From NCBI GenBank assembly GCA_002069855.1, contig MWCF01000007.1:2585-66584 (forward strand): a stretch of DNA of 64,000 nt, given 5' to 3'. Below the pieces are notes generated by a model, which was not told where the DNA came from, ran no database searches, and saw only the letters and a program-made list of their open reading frames with translations. This stretch comes from Elusimicrobia bacterium ADurb.Bin231 (GTDB taxonomy: Bacteria > Elusimicrobiota > UBA8919 > MWCF01). Positions 9,955 through 20,626 of this stretch are shown one piece after another (the stretch's first letter is position 1; each line of letters starts with the position of its first letter). Position numbers and translations under genes: made by a program.

Positions 9955-10786
9955 ACAAAACTCTTTCCTCTCCGGAATAATCCTTAATTACATGCATATC
10001 GGTAAAAAGGCAGTCGCGCATAATCTTTTTTACACGGCCGGAATGATGATACCCAATCTCAAAAAAAAGGTATCCGGCATCAGACAATAACATTTTTGCC
10101 AATGGTGTAATCCGCTCATAAAATGCCATACCGTTATCACCTCCGTGAAGCGCTATAACAGGTTCGTGCCTCACCTCAACAGGCAAATTATTCATATCCT
10201 CGGAATTTATGTACGGCGGATTAGAAACTATTATATCAAATTGTTTTTTTAATATTTTATGCGCGGAAGAATCCGAAAAAATATCCATTTCAACAAATGT
10301 TATTTTGTCTTCAACTGAGTTCGCGAAGGCGTTTTTCCGCGCGATCTCAAGCGCGTTTGAGGAAACATCAACAGCAAGCACAGTTGCGCCAGACAAAAAT
10401 TTTGCCAGTGATACTGCAATGTTCCCTGTGCCTGTTCCTATATCCAATATGGAAACCGGACCGCGCCACACTGACGCAGTCTTTATAATATTTTCGACAA
10501 GTATCTCTGTTTCCTGTCTGGGTATCAAAACATTTTCATCCACCATAAACTTCAAGCCCATAAATTCAGTTTCACCAATCAAATACGGAGCTGGGACACC
10601 TCTCATTCTATTCTCAAGTAAAATCTGAAATTTATTTTCTTGTTCGCGCAAAACGGTTTTTTCGCAAAGATAAATTTCTTTATCCGCAATACCCAGACAG
10701 AACCCGAGCAGTAATTTTATATCGCGCGACGGAATATTTTTATATGTTCTCATTGCGTAATTTAAAAGATTTATCACATTCATCAT
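9935..10786 (-). CDS. prmC: Release factor glutamine N5-methyltransferase.
   Basis: NPPY motif (VSNPPYINSED). SAM-binding motif ILDIGTGTGNIAV. Overlaps prfA and murA. Confidence 0.85.
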   Translation of the reverse strand: MMNVINLLNYAMRTYKNIPSRDIKLLLGFCLGIADKEIYLCEKTVLREQENKFQILLENRMRGVPAPYLIGETEFMGLKFMVDENVLIPRQETEILVENIIKTASVWRGPVSILDIGTGTGNIAVSLAKFLSGATVLAVDVSSNALEIARKNAFANSVEDKITFVEMDIFSDSSAHKILKKQFDIIVSNPPYINSEDMNNLPVEVRHEPVIALHGGDNGMAFYERITPLAKMLLSDAGYLFFEIGYHHSGRVKKIMRDCLFTDMHVIKDYSGEERVLYGKNVN

Positions 10787-11837
10787 AAATTTCGGAATTT
10801 CTAAGTTTATTAATTATATCTTTCATATCTCCGTCTAAAATCGCAGTAATATTATGCCAGTTTTCGTTTATTCTATGATCTGTTATCCTGTCCTGCGGAT
10901 AATTATATGTCCTGATTTTTTCGCATCTTTCCCCTGTACCCACTTGTTTTTTACGGTCGCTTGCGATTTGTGCGCGGCGATCGCGCTGGATTGCATCATA
11001 TATTTTCGCTTTAAGAATTTTCATCGCCTTTTGTTTGTTTTTAAGTTGAGACCTTTCATCCTGACATGCTACCACTGTATTTGTAGGAATATGAGTGATT
11101 CTAACTGCGGAATCCGTTTTTTGCAGATATTGACCGCCGTGACCGCCTGCGCGGTAGGTATCAATCTTTAAATCCCCTGGATTTATTGCGATTTCGACAT
11201 CCTCGGGTTCAACAAGCACCGCGACAGTAACAGTTGAGGTATGTATCCTGCCTGAAGATTCCGTTTTGGGAACTCGCTGAACACGATGGGTGCCGCTTTC
11301 ATATTTGAGCATCCCGTAGGAGCCATTGCCCTCAACTGAAAAAATGATTTCTTTTACGCCGCCGAGATCAGTAGCGTTTAATTCAAGCAAAGTAATTTTA
11401 AGATTGTTTGTTTCCAAGAAACGCGTGTACATTCTGTACAATTCCGAGGCGAAAAGAGACGCTTCTTCCCCGCCGGCTGCTGCGCGGATTTCAACTATCA
11501 CGTTCTTTGAATCAAGCGGATCTCTCGGTATCAAAAGAGCTTGAAGTTCGCGAGACAATATTTCCATTTTTGCTTCGTATTCTTTTTTATCTTCTAATGC
11601 GAGCTGCGCGAGTTCCGCGTTATCGGAAACCATAAGTTCTTTTAGAGAAAGAATCTCTTTTTCAAAATTCCGGTATGCCCTGTATTTTTCTACTATTAAT
11701 TGAATCTCTTTTCTCCTTTTTGAAAGGTCGCAGAGTAAAACAGAATCCGCCAATGTCTCGGATCTGCCCAAAGCATCGTCGATTTCACAATATTCTTTTT
11801 CAATCTTATCAAGTTTTTCTTTTAAGGTTTCTACCAT
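10740..11837 (-). CDS. prfA: Peptide chain release factor 1.
   Basis: GGQ motif (RAGGHGGQYLQKTDSAVRITHIPT). PxT-type tripeptide region. 365 aa. Confidence 0.9.
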   Translation of the reverse strand: MVETLKEKLDKIEKEYCEIDDALGRSETLADSVLLCDLSKRRKEIQLIVEKYRAYRNFEKEILSLKELMVSDNAELAQLALEDKKEYEAKMEILSRELQALLIPRDPLDSKNVIVEIRAAAGGEEASLFASELYRMYTRFLETNNLKITLLELNATDLGGVKEIIFSVEGNGSYGMLKYESGTHRVQRVPKTESSGRIHTSTVTVAVLVEPEDVEIAINPGDLKIDTYRAGGHGGQYLQKTDSAVRITHIPTNTVVACQDERSQLKNKQKAMKILKAKIYDAIQRDRRAQIASDRKKQVGTGERCEKIRTYNYPQDRITDHRINENWHNITAILDGDMKDIINKLRNSEIYDECDKSFKLRNENI

Positions 11838-11882
11838 ATTATCACAAAAATTTTTGAAATATAGGCAACAAATTTATTTATT

Positions 11883-11921
11883 AAAAAAGCAAAGTTTCTG
11901 TAATGAACCCTTTGCTTTTTT
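11883..11921 (-). terminator. Rho-independent, bidirectional-looking terminator downstream of rpmE.
   Basis: Stem gcaaag/ctttgc (11889-11894 and 11910-11915) flanked by an A-run on the left and a T-run on the right. Confidence 0.5.
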
Positions 11922-11948
11922 ATAATTCAGGATTTGATGAATATATGT

Positions 11949-12302
11949 TTATTCCTTTGTCTTTTGTTCTTTTTTCTTTTTTATTGTGACAGATTTTTTG
12001 ACCGGCGCCACAGCAGCAGCCTTTTTAATCTTCTTAAGCGGTTTTATTTTCATAACCACTTTTTTAGGTTTTCTCTTAATCATTTTGCCGCCAGTATGAG
12101 AATATTTGGAATGGAATCTCTCCACCCTGCCTGCCGTATCTATAAGTTTCTGTTTGCCTGTAAAGAAAGGGTGACATTGCGAGCATATGTCAAGTTTAAG
12201 TTCCGGCACAGTGGACCGGGTTATAAAACTATTCCCGCATGCACATGACACTTTGCATTCAACATAATTCGGATGAATATCTTTTTTCACTTTTGCCTCC
12301 AA
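11949..12302 (-). CDS. rpmE: 50S ribosomal protein L31 (Zn-binding type) with an unusually long Lys-rich C-terminal extension (117 aa total).
   Basis: KKDIHPNY, CxxC...CxxC (CACGNSF...[10 protein letters not shown]). Tail [42 protein letters not shown]. Confidence 0.85.
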   Translation of the reverse strand: MEAKVKKDIHPNYVECKVSCACGNSFITRSTVPELKLDICSQCHPFFTGKQKLIDTAGRVERFHSKYSHTGGKMIKRKPKKVVMKIKPLKKIKKAAAVAPVKKSVTIKKKKEQKTKE

Positions 12303-12404
12303 TTTATATATTATACTATTTTATAAGCTGCAAGTCAATATAATAATTAATAATTTAATAAAATATGCTTAATCTATGCGGGCGCAAACGATAGAGGTAT
12401 ATCA

Positions 12405-13676
12405 TTATTGCGATATTTCCATAGATTTAAGAAAATCCTTGTTAGATTTTGTCGCCAGGAATTTTTCGACCAGCAGTTCCATGGTTTCTATGGATGACAT
12501 ATTGGCAAAAAGTTTTCTTAATATCCAAACCTTATTGAGTTCTTCCGCACCCAGCAACAGCTCTTCCTTGCGCGTCCCAGATTTGTTTATGTCTATAGCC
12601 GGGAAAATTCTCCTGTCCGCGAGTTTTCTGTCGAGATGTATTTCCATATTGCCTGTACCCTTGAATTCTTCGAATATGACATCATCCATTTTACTGCCTG
12701 TGTCGACTAATGCTGTGGCCATTATGGTTAAAGAGCCTCCTTCTTCTATATTCCTTGCCGCGCCGAAAAATCTTTTAGGCCTTTGCAAAGCGTTTGAATC
12801 CAAACCGCCTGAAAGAATTCTGCCTGAAGAAGGCTGGGTCGCATTGTATGCCCTTGCCAATCTGGTTATAGAATCCAGAAGTATAACAACATCTTTCTTA
12901 TGCTCAACCAATCTCTTTGCCTTTTCAAGAACCATCTCCGCCACCTGAATATGCCTCTCAGGAGATTCGTCGAAAGTCGATGATATCACTTCCGCCTTAA
13001 CAGATCTTTGCATGTCTGTTACCTCTTCAGGCCTTTCGTCTATCAAAAGAACTATCAAATAGACTTCAGGGTGATTGGTGGTAATGGAATTGGCAATCTT
13101 CTGATGTATTATTGTTTTTCCCGCGCGCGGCGGCGACACGATCAGTCCTCTTTGCCCTTTTCCAATAGGAGTAAGAAGATCCATAGTGCGCATAGTAATT
13201 TCATCTTTTTTTGTTTCAAGTTTTATCATTTCGCTGGGATAAAGAGGAGTGAGATTGTCAAAAAACGGTCTTTCTCTGATCTTTTCAGGCGCTGCTCCGT
13301 TTACGGAACGAACTTTTAAAAGGGCAAGAAATCTTTCACTTTCCTTAGGCAAACGAACTTCTCCTGTTACAGTATCGCCTTTTCTAAGTCCGAATTTTTT
13401 AATCTGGGAAGGCGATATATAAATATCTTCCGGACCAGGCAGGTAATTATCGTTTTGAGAACGGAGAAATCCAAACCCGTCCGGCAATATTTCAAGTACT
13501 CCCTCATCAATCATCAATCCGTTTTGTTTCATCTGTCCTTGAAGTATTTTAAATATCAGCTCCTGCTTCCTAATTCCCGCTATGTCCTCGATTTTTAGTT
13601 GTTTCGCGCGCTCCATAAGTTGTTCCATGCTCATCTTAGACAGAGCGGTAATGTCAATGGCGTTCTTTTCTTCCAT
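12405..13676 (-). CDS. rho: Transcription termination factor Rho.
   Basis: 423 aa. N-terminal [16 protein letters not shown]. Walker A motif [14 protein letters not shown]. RecA-like ATPase core. Confidence 0.9.
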   Translation of the reverse strand: MEEKNAIDITALSKMSMEQLMERAKQLKIEDIAGIRKQELIFKILQGQMKQNGLMIDEGVLEILPDGFGFLRSQNDNYLPGPEDIYISPSQIKKFGLRKGDTVTGEVRLPKESERFLALLKVRSVNGAAPEKIRERPFFDNLTPLYPSEMIKLETKKDEITMRTMDLLTPIGKGQRGLIVSPPRAGKTIIHQKIANSITTNHPEVYLIVLLIDERPEEVTDMQRSVKAEVISSTFDESPERHIQVAEMVLEKAKRLVEHKKDVVILLDSITRLARAYNATQPSSGRILSGGLDSNALQRPKRFFGAARNIEEGGSLTIMATALVDTGSKMDDVIFEEFKGTGNMEIHLDRKLADRRIFPAIDINKSGTRKEELLLGAEELNKVWILRKLFANMSSIETMELLVEKFLATKSNKDFLKSMEISQ

Positions 13677-13734
13677 TTATCCTCCATAATTTTGGTATTT
13701 TTCTTTAGATGTAATTTAGATTTTTTTGTTTGAA

Positions 13735-14403
13735 TTATTCATTCATATTTTTTTGATTCAGGGTAACCTTCTGCGAATGGACACTTTCGAATTGTTTTAT
13801 ATTTTTTATTATTTTACTTTTTTTATTTATTTTGTCAAGAATATTTTTTAATTTTTTCTTTATTCCTTTGACTTCTCCTGAATTATCAATGACAAAATCG
13901 GATATAAAAATCTTTTTAGATATCGGGATTTGCGAGGATATTCTTTTTTTTGCTTCGCTTGCCGATATGCCGTCCCTTTCGTGAATCCTGGAAATTTGAA
14001 ATTCTTCGGGACAATATACGGTAATTATCAAATCAAAATAATCTTCCAAGCCCAGCTCAAAAAGAAGAGGAGTTTCCACAGCCATACAACCGGAACCGTT
14101 TTTTTTGAATTCGGATATCTTTTTTCGAAGTTCTTTTAGCACTTCAGGCAGCAGTATTCTTTCAAGTGCCGATTTTTGTTTTTTATCGGAAAAAATAATT
14201 TTTGCGATTTTTTTTCTCTCGCAAGTTTTAAACTTTTTCGTTATTCTACTTAATATATCCTTGCGATAAAACAACTTTTTCGATATTGCGTCGCAGGAAA
14301 TAGTTTCCCAATTCAGTTTTTTTAACTGATTGAGAATCAAACTTTTGCCTGCGGCAATTCCTCCGGTCAATCCCACAACCAATCTTTTTTTATTTTTTTT
14401 CAT
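13735..14403 (-). CDS. coaE: Dephospho-CoA kinase.
   Basis: P-loop VGLTGGIAAGKS at the N-terminus. 222 aa. Overlaps the polA end. Confidence 0.8.
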   Translation of the reverse strand: MKKNKKRLVVGLTGGIAAGKSLILNQLKKLNWETISCDAISKKLFYRKDILSRITKKFKTCERKKIAKIIFSDKKQKSALERILLPEVLKELRKKISEFKKNGSGCMAVETPLLFELGLEDYFDLIITVYCPEEFQISRIHERDGISASEAKKRISSQIPISKKIFISDFVIDNSGEVKGIKKKLKNILDKINKKSKIIKNIKQFESVHSQKVTLNQKNMNE

Positions 14404-17053
14404 AAATTTTCAAATCAGCCCAATTGTACCCGCATTTAACATCTACGACAATCGGTATATCCAGTTTAACGCAATCTTCCATTCCGGTTTTGATAACCGG
14501 CACCAGCGAGGTTATGTCTTTTTCCGGTATCTCGAAAAGGAGTTCATCGTGGACCTGAAGCAGCATCTTAGCGGATGTGTCCTTACTTCTCATATCAGAA
14601 AATACTTTTATCATGGCAATCTTTATTATATCCGCGGAACTTCCCTGTATAGGCGTATTTATAGCCACCCGTTCGGCAAACATTCTCGACTGAGCGTTTT
14701 CGCTGTTTATCTCGGGAAGAAACCGCATTCTGTCGCGCAAAGTTTTAACATAACCATTTTTACGCGCGGTTTCAATTATTTCGCCTATCCATCTTTTCAC
14801 GCCGTTGTATCGCAAAAAATATTTGTCTATGAATCCCTGCGCCTCTTCCGTACTTATGCCGAGTTGTTTGGAAAGCCCCCATGCCTGCTGACCGTAAACA
14901 ATGCCAAAGTTAATTCCTTTCGCGCGTTTTCTCATCTCGGAAGTTACATCTTCTACTGGCACTCCGAATATTTCAGACGCTGTGATGGAATGAACATCCT
15001 TTCCGTTTATAAAAGCCGATTTTAATATTTCATCTCCGGTAATGTGAGCGAGGACTCTAAGATCTATCTGGGAATAATCAAACGAAGCTAAAATATTACC
15101 GCGCGAGGGTATAAAGCCATGTCTGATTTTTTTATCAATTTCAGTTTTTACCGGTATATTTTGCAAATTCGGCTCCGACGACGATAAGCGCCCTGTGGAT
15201 GTGCCTGCCTGATTTAATGATGTATGCACGCGCAACGAGTTAGGATCAGCCTTTTGAATAAGAGAATCAACAAACGTGGATTTCAATTTTGATATTTCCC
15301 TGTAAGACAAAATCAACCCGGGTAGTTCATGCTTATCAGACAAAGACAACAGTACCGATTCATCAGTGGAAAAACCTGTTTTATTCCTTCTTGCAGGTTT
15401 CAAACCGATTTTACCGAACAGGATCGCAGAAATTTGTCTCGGCGAATTTATATTGAACTTTTCACCGGCACAATCATATATTTTTTCTTCTATTATCTCT
15501 AATTCTTTTGCGAAATCGGAAGAGAGCCTCTTAAAATATTCATTATCTATCAATATGCCATTGCTTTCCATAGAGTATAAAACATTCATCAGAGGCATCT
15601 CAATTTCAAAGAACAGATTTAAAAGGTTGTTTTCCGACAGTTTCTTCTCAATTTCTGTTTTTAATTTGTAAATAAGATTTGCCGTACAGCATAAATCATT
15701 TTTAATTTCCTCCGAATATAAAAGTTCTGTATCCGAAGTTTTCGAGCATATTCCCGAAGACAAATATTCAACTGAAAGATCGTCAAGAGAATACCTTTTC
15801 TTAGACGGATCCAGAAGATACGCAGCAATTTCAGTATCAAACAACTTTATATATTCATCGTTTATATATTTATAAATAGGCACCCCGAATTTCTCCAGTG
15901 CAGAAAACATGGTTTTAATTCCGTGGCCTATCAAAAGAAGATTTGCGTCTTTCAACAACCCCTCAAGAAAACTCACTCCCGCGGCAAAAGACAATCCCTT
16001 CTGCGACGAGAATAGTTCTGTTTTCGAGAAAAACGTATAATACACAATACCCGGTTCGCTACAAAAAGCGGCATACAACATATCTGTTGTTTTATTTAAT
16101 TCGATAGAAAGCGAATATTCGCCAGCGGAAGCTATCATATTTTTAACTTCTTCAACACCATTGCATGGGATCACCTTTACGGGATCGTTTTGAATAACCG
16201 GTAAATCCGACGGTACCGATATTGAATGCAAAAGCGAATAAAACTCGAATTTCTTGAATACTTCCGTTATCAGCACCGTATTCGGAGATTTATATTTTAA
16301 ATCTTCCAATTCAATCATCATAGGTATATCTTTAACAAGGGTCACCAATTTTTTAGAGAAAAGCGCTTTTTCATGTGATGATTTTATAATTTTACCGGTG
16401 CGCCCAGGTATCAAGTCGGCGTTTTTATGAATATTTTCTATGTCTCCGAATTCTTTAATAAGTTTCGTTGCCGTCTTTTCGCCTATACAGGCGACACCAG
16501 GCACATTATCGGAAGCATCTCCCGCAAGGCTGAGATAATCCGTAATATTTTCAGGAGGAATCCCCCATTTCTCAATTATTTTCTTCCTGTCATAAAGAAT
16601 GTTCAAGGGTTCATTCAAAACATTTATTTTATCATTGACAAGTTGCAATACATCCTTATCCGATGTGACTATTGTGACGTTCTCGCCGAGTGTCGATGAT
16701 TTTTCGGCAATAGTCGCCAATATGTCGTCAGCCTCATATCCCTCCATTTCAAAATATTTTATGTTCATAGCGCAAAGAACTTCCTTAACCAAAGCGAATT
16801 GACTTTTCAATGCCTCATCGGTTTTTTTTCTTTTCGCCTTGTAATCGGAATAAATATTATGGCGAAAGGTTTTTTTAGGGGAGTCGAAGCAAACGGCTAT
16901 TTTGTCGGGGTTGTTCTCCTTAATAATTTTCAGTAACATTTTTGTAAAACCGAATACCGCATTTACGGGAATCCCCTGAGAAGTGGTTAAATAACGTATG
17001 GCATGATACGCCCTGTGAATATAAGAATTGCCGTCTATAAGGAATAAACTCAT
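14390..17053 (-). CDS. polA: DNA polymerase I.
   Basis: 887 aa. 5-prime nuclease domain N-terminus (LIDGNSYIHRAYHA). C-terminal pol A motifs (RRxAKxINFGIVYG, QVHDELLFE). Confidence 0.9.
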   Translation of the reverse strand: MSLFLIDGNSYIHRAYHAIRYLTTSQGIPVNAVFGFTKMLLKIIKENNPDKIAVCFDSPKKTFRHNIYSDYKAKRKKTDEALKSQFALVKEVLCAMNIKYFEMEGYEADDILATIAEKSSTLGENVTIVTSDKDVLQLVNDKINVLNEPLNILYDRKKIIEKWGIPPENITDYLSLAGDASDNVPGVACIGEKTATKLIKEFGDIENIHKNADLIPGRTGKIIKSSHEKALFSKKLVTLVKDIPMMIELEDLKYKSPNTVLITEVFKKFEFYSLLHSISVPSDLPVIQNDPVKVIPCNGVEEVKNMIASAGEYSLSIELNKTTDMLYAAFCSEPGIVYYTFFSKTELFSSQKGLSFAAGVSFLEGLLKDANLLLIGHGIKTMFSALEKFGVPIYKYINDEYIKLFDTEIAAYLLDPSKKRYSLDDLSVEYLSSGICSKTSDTELLYSEEIKNDLCCTANLIYKLKTEIEKKLSENNLLNLFFEIEMPLMNVLYSMESNGILIDNEYFKRLSSDFAKELEIIEEKIYDCAGEKFNINSPRQISAILFGKIGLKPARRNKTGFSTDESVLLSLSDKHELPGLILSYREISKLKSTFVDSLIQKADPNSLRVHTSLNQAGTSTGRLSSSEPNLQNIPVKTEIDKKIRHGFIPSRGNILASFDYSQIDLRVLAHITGDEILKSAFINGKDVHSITASEIFGVPVEDVTSEMRKRAKGINFGIVYGQQAWGLSKQLGISTEEAQGFIDKYFLRYNGVKRWIGEIIETARKNGYVKTLRDRMRFLPEINSENAQSRMFAERVAINTPIQGSSADIIKIAMIKVFSDMRSKDTSAKMLLQVHDELLFEIPEKDITSLVPVIKTGMEDCVKLDIPIVVDVKCGYNWADLKIYEKK

Positions 17054-17058
17054 AAGTT

Positions 17059-18081
17059 TTATTTTTTCCAGTCGTGAAGTTCCAGATCCGGTAAAGGAAC
17101 AAATGTCTTTTTAATATGGCCGCACACTTTCATTTTATGGTACGCAGCAGCGGCAATCATAGCCGCATTGTCAGTACAGAACTCTGGCGGCGGAATGTGG
17201 AGTTTTATTTTTCCGGCTGCGCATGCCTGTTCAAATAAAATCCGTATCAAACTGTTTGACGATACCCCTCCGCCCAGAACTATTCTCTTCAAACGATATT
17301 TATTGGCAGCATCAATGGTTTTTCGCAAAACCACGTCGACACACGCCTTTTGAAATGACGCACATAGATCTGCTTTCTTAAAATCATAAGTGCCGCGAGT
17401 TTGATGCGCGCTCGCATAATTTATCACCGCAGTTTTTAGACCTGAAAAAGAAAAGTCCCATGTCCATGGCATATACGGTCTGGGCAGTTTAATCTTGCCG
17501 GGATCTCCTTTCCATGATAATCTGTCTATAACAGGTCCTCCCGGATACCCCAGCCCAAGAAATTTTGCCACTTTATCGAATGCTTCCCCTACGGCATCGT
17601 CTCTTGTCCTTCCGAGTATTTCATATTTACCCTTCTTTTTTACGATTATCAAGTCGGTGTGCCCGCCTGAAATTATCAACGCCAGAAAAGGCGCTACAGG
17701 CTGCGAATTTTCACGGAATTTATTTGTGTAAAGATAATTTGAAAAAATATGTCCTTCAATATGATTTATTCCGAAAACCGGCACTCCCAGCAATTGCGAT
17801 ATTGCTAACGCGGATGATGCTCCTATAAGAAGAGATCCTATAAGCCCAGGCCCTTCAGTCACAGCTACGGCATCGATCTTTTTGGTTTTTTCTAAAGCCA
17901 ATCCTATAACATTATTTATGTTTTCAAGATGTTTTCTTGATGCAAGTTCAGGAACCACGCCATTAAATTTTTTATGTATCCGGATCTGAGAAGACACCAC
18001 ATTGGAAAGAATTCGGCAGCCGTTTTCAACCACTGCCGCTGATGTGTCGTCACAGGAAGTTTCTATCCCAAGTATTTTCAT
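17059..18081 (-). CDS. tsaD: tRNA N6-adenosine threonylcarbamoyltransferase.
   Basis: MKILGIETSCDDTSAAVV. Kae1/Gcp family metal-binding His pair (GINHIEGHIF). Confidence 0.9.
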   Translation of the reverse strand: MKILGIETSCDDTSAAVVENGCRILSNVVSSQIRIHKKFNGVVPELASRKHLENINNVIGLALEKTKKIDAVAVTEGPGLIGSLLIGASSALAISQLLGVPVFGINHIEGHIFSNYLYTNKFRENSQPVAPFLALIISGGHTDLIIVKKKGKYEILGRTRDDAVGEAFDKVAKFLGLGYPGGPVIDRLSWKGDPGKIKLPRPYMPWTWDFSFSGLKTAVINYASAHQTRGTYDFKKADLCASFQKACVDVVLRKTIDAANKYRLKRIVLGGGVSSNSLIRILFEQACAAGKIKLHIPPPEFCTDNAAMIAAAAYHKMKVCGHIKKTFVPLPDLELHDWKK

Positions 18082-19154
18082 ATATTTGAAGATGCGGATT
18101 CCTGAATTTTCATATATTCCTCAATCGTTAAAAATTCTATCCCGCTTTTTTTAAATTCAGGAATAGCTTTTTCAAGAGCGCGAGGAAGATTTTTCTTCTG
18201 ACAATGACCTATAGCTACCGCCAATCCCTTTTGTAGTATCCGATCTTTAAACACATTCAATCTGGAAAGAATATATTCTTCTTCGTCCTTATTATCAAGG
18301 AACACATCGTTTTTTAAAGCAGGCACCCCCATATCCAATGCGATTTTGTACGCGACCGAATACGGACTGGTCATAGAATCAACATAGATCATATCTTTAC
18401 TCTTTACAAGAGCCATTAATTCTCTCATTTTTACTTTATCCTTAGTAAATGCGCTTCCCATATGATTATTTAATCCGACCGGAGAACGAGTGGAATATAA
18501 GTTTTTTTCAAATATTCTTTTAATTTCTTTTTCTTCCATATTCAAAAGCAAAGCGGCGGAACCGGGATTAATTTCGGGAAATCTTTCCGGTTCCATAGGT
18601 TGATGCAAAAAATAAGCTTCTTTTTTCTCCGCCAATATATTGATTATATTCTCTGTTTTTTTCTCAAAAGGAAGAATGCTGTAAGTCATAGGTATGCCGA
18701 GTTTTAAGAAATCTTCCAACATAGAATCGCTGATTCCGAAATCATCGATTATTATAAGAGCAAAATACCGTTTTGAATCTGATAAAACTACGCGCAACCG
18801 AAGAAAAATCATATCTTCTTTAAACACAGTGAAAGAATCTTTTTCGCTGTAATCTATTTTAACTGGAAGTTCGGAAAGCGCGGATTCTAATTTCTGAAAC
18901 AATTCAGCCGCATCCCGGGTAATCTTGATTTCCTTGGTTATTTCCAACCATTTGTTTGAGCCTGATTTGCGCTCCTCCGTCAATTGTCTTACAATATTCT
19001 CATCACCTATACCGGATTCGGCAAGCACACTATTAATACGAATATCTATTTCCCGCGATAAACGGACATAATCCTCTGATCCGTATTTTACCACGCTAAA
19101 TATAAAAATAACGGTTATCAAAAGAATTAATATGAATTTTTTTGTGTCTTTCAT
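18078..19154 (-). CDS. Divergent polysaccharide deacetylase family protein (YibQ-like) with N-terminal TM anchor.
   Basis: HQPMEPERFPEINPGSAAL and NNHMGSAFT motifs. N-terminal hydrophobic helix. Confidence 0.7.
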   Translation of the reverse strand: MKDTKKFILILLITVIFIFSVVKYGSEDYVRLSREIDIRINSVLAESGIGDENIVRQLTEERKSGSNKWLEITKEIKITRDAAELFQKLESALSELPVKIDYSEKDSFTVFKEDMIFLRLRVVLSDSKRYFALIIIDDFGISDSMLEDFLKLGIPMTYSILPFEKKTENIINILAEKKEAYFLHQPMEPERFPEINPGSAALLLNMEEKEIKRIFEKNLYSTRSPVGLNNHMGSAFTKDKVKMRELMALVKSKDMIYVDSMTSPYSVAYKIALDMGVPALKNDVFLDNKDEEEYILSRLNVFKDRILQKGLAVAIGHCQKKNLPRALEKAIPEFKKSGIEFLTIEEYMKIQESASSNI

Positions 19155-20486
19155 TTATTTCAGCAATAAATCCCTGACCTTGAGAAATTGCACTGCCCGT
19201 TCAAGAACTTCATCTTTGATTACAACAGGTTTCGCGCCGCCGGTAGATGACACCACTGAATATGTGGAAGTTTTAGCGTCATATTGCTTATTTCTTTCTT
19301 TTGCTTCCGCAATTTCCGTATCAACCTCCTGTTTTTGAAGAGCTATTTCGGCATCTCTGGATACTTCAATTACCACATCTGGAGTGATACCGCCTTTTTT
19401 TGTCTTTTCATCTCTATGGATGCATTTCCCGGACGGCGTATAATACTTCTGTGTCGTAAGACGCAGGGATGACTCGCCTTCAAGAGGCAATAGGGATTGC
19501 ACGGAACCTTTACCGAATGTTTCCATCCCCAAAATTAGCGCTCTTTTATGGTCTTGCATACAACCAGCGACTATTTCCGCGCCGGATGCGCTTCCTCTGT
19601 TAACCAAAACAACGATAGGGAGCTCAGCGTAAGCGGCGGAAGCGTCAGCAAGATATTCCTGTTTTGGAATTCTTCTGCCCTGAGTATAAACTATAAGTTT
19701 TTTATCTCCTATGAAACGTTTGCATATATCTATAGCAGTGCTGAGGAGACCGCCCGGATCGTTTCTGAGGTCAATGACTAAGGACTTCATACCGCGTTTG
19801 TTTAAATCTGCCAACGCCTTATCCATTTCTTCCGCGGTTTTGGCATTCATCTCAGTTATTCTAAAATATCCGATATCCTTTTCAATCATCCTAACACCCG
19901 TAATAGTAAATATAGGAATATCCTCGCGGATTATGGTAAGATCGAAGGGTTCCGTTCCTTCGCGCGCAATGGTGATAGTGACTTTTGTTCCGGGTTTGCC
20001 GCGAAGTTTTTCAACTGCTTCGTCCGTTGAAATATCCTTTGCGACCTCACCTTCAATCTTTATTATTTTGTCCTCGGGAAGTATACCCATTCTCCATGCG
20101 GGGGTTCCTGGTATTGGAGTCACAACTGTAATCCAGCCGTCCTTTGAAGTTGAAATGCGTATTCCGAGTCCGCCGAAATGCCCCTCGGTGTGAACCTTCA
20201 TCTCCTTTGCCTCTTTTGGAGGCATAAACTGGGAAAAAGGATCAAGAGTCCTTACCATGCCGTCTGCTGCGCCGTATATTAATTTCTGTATATCAGGTTC
20301 TTCCACATAATTTTCTCTGACATACACAAGTATCTGCGCTAAAATTCTTATCTGAGCGTAAATATCTTCGGCTGAAACTTTAATCGCGTTTATTTTCAGA
20401 GAAAAAACGCTTATAAGAAAAAAGCAGCATATACCAAGAAGCCATTTTTGTTTTTTAAACATATATCCCTCCGTTTTAATTTGCAC
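19155..20486 (-). CDS. ctpA: Carboxyl-terminal processing protease (S41, with PDZ domain).
   Basis: 443 aa. Signal anchor, PDZ-like region. S41 catalytic motifs (GSASGAEI, KGSVQS-like TFGKGSVQSL). Confidence 0.85.
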   Translation of the reverse strand: MQIKTEGYMFKKQKWLLGICCFFLISVFSLKINAIKVSAEDIYAQIRILAQILVYVRENYVEEPDIQKLIYGAADGMVRTLDPFSQFMPPKEAKEMKVHTEGHFGGLGIRISTSKDGWITVVTPIPGTPAWRMGILPEDKIIKIEGEVAKDISTDEAVEKLRGKPGTKVTITIAREGTEPFDLTIIREDIPIFTITGVRMIEKDIGYFRITEMNAKTAEEMDKALADLNKRGMKSLVIDLRNDPGGLLSTAIDICKRFIGDKKLIVYTQGRRIPKQEYLADASAAYAELPIVVLVNRGSASGAEIVAGCMQDHKRALILGMETFGKGSVQSLLPLEGESSLRLTTQKYYTPSGKCIHRDEKTKKGGITPDVVIEVSRDAEIALQKQEVDTEIAEAKERNKQYDAKTSTYSVVSSTGGAKPVVIKDEVLERAVQFLKVRDLLLK

Positions 20487-20626
20487 ACATATTCTTTATT
20501 AAAATATATTCGGCTATAAAAAACAGGCCAATATGATTCCAATATGATTACACATACAGCGCTAAAATATCTTTTAATGCTCCCGCACAGTGTCTTATCC
20601 CTGCGCACAGACGGACAGCACAATAA

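Noticed and set aside
20487-20626. Direct repeat ccaatatgatt x2 and gcgcacag x2 in the ctpA-envC spacer; 70-aa ORF 20411-20623.
   Set aside because: Short, low-information repeats in a promoter-like AT-rich spacer. The ORF overlaps the ctpA start and lacks an RBS. Insufficient evidence for a feature.
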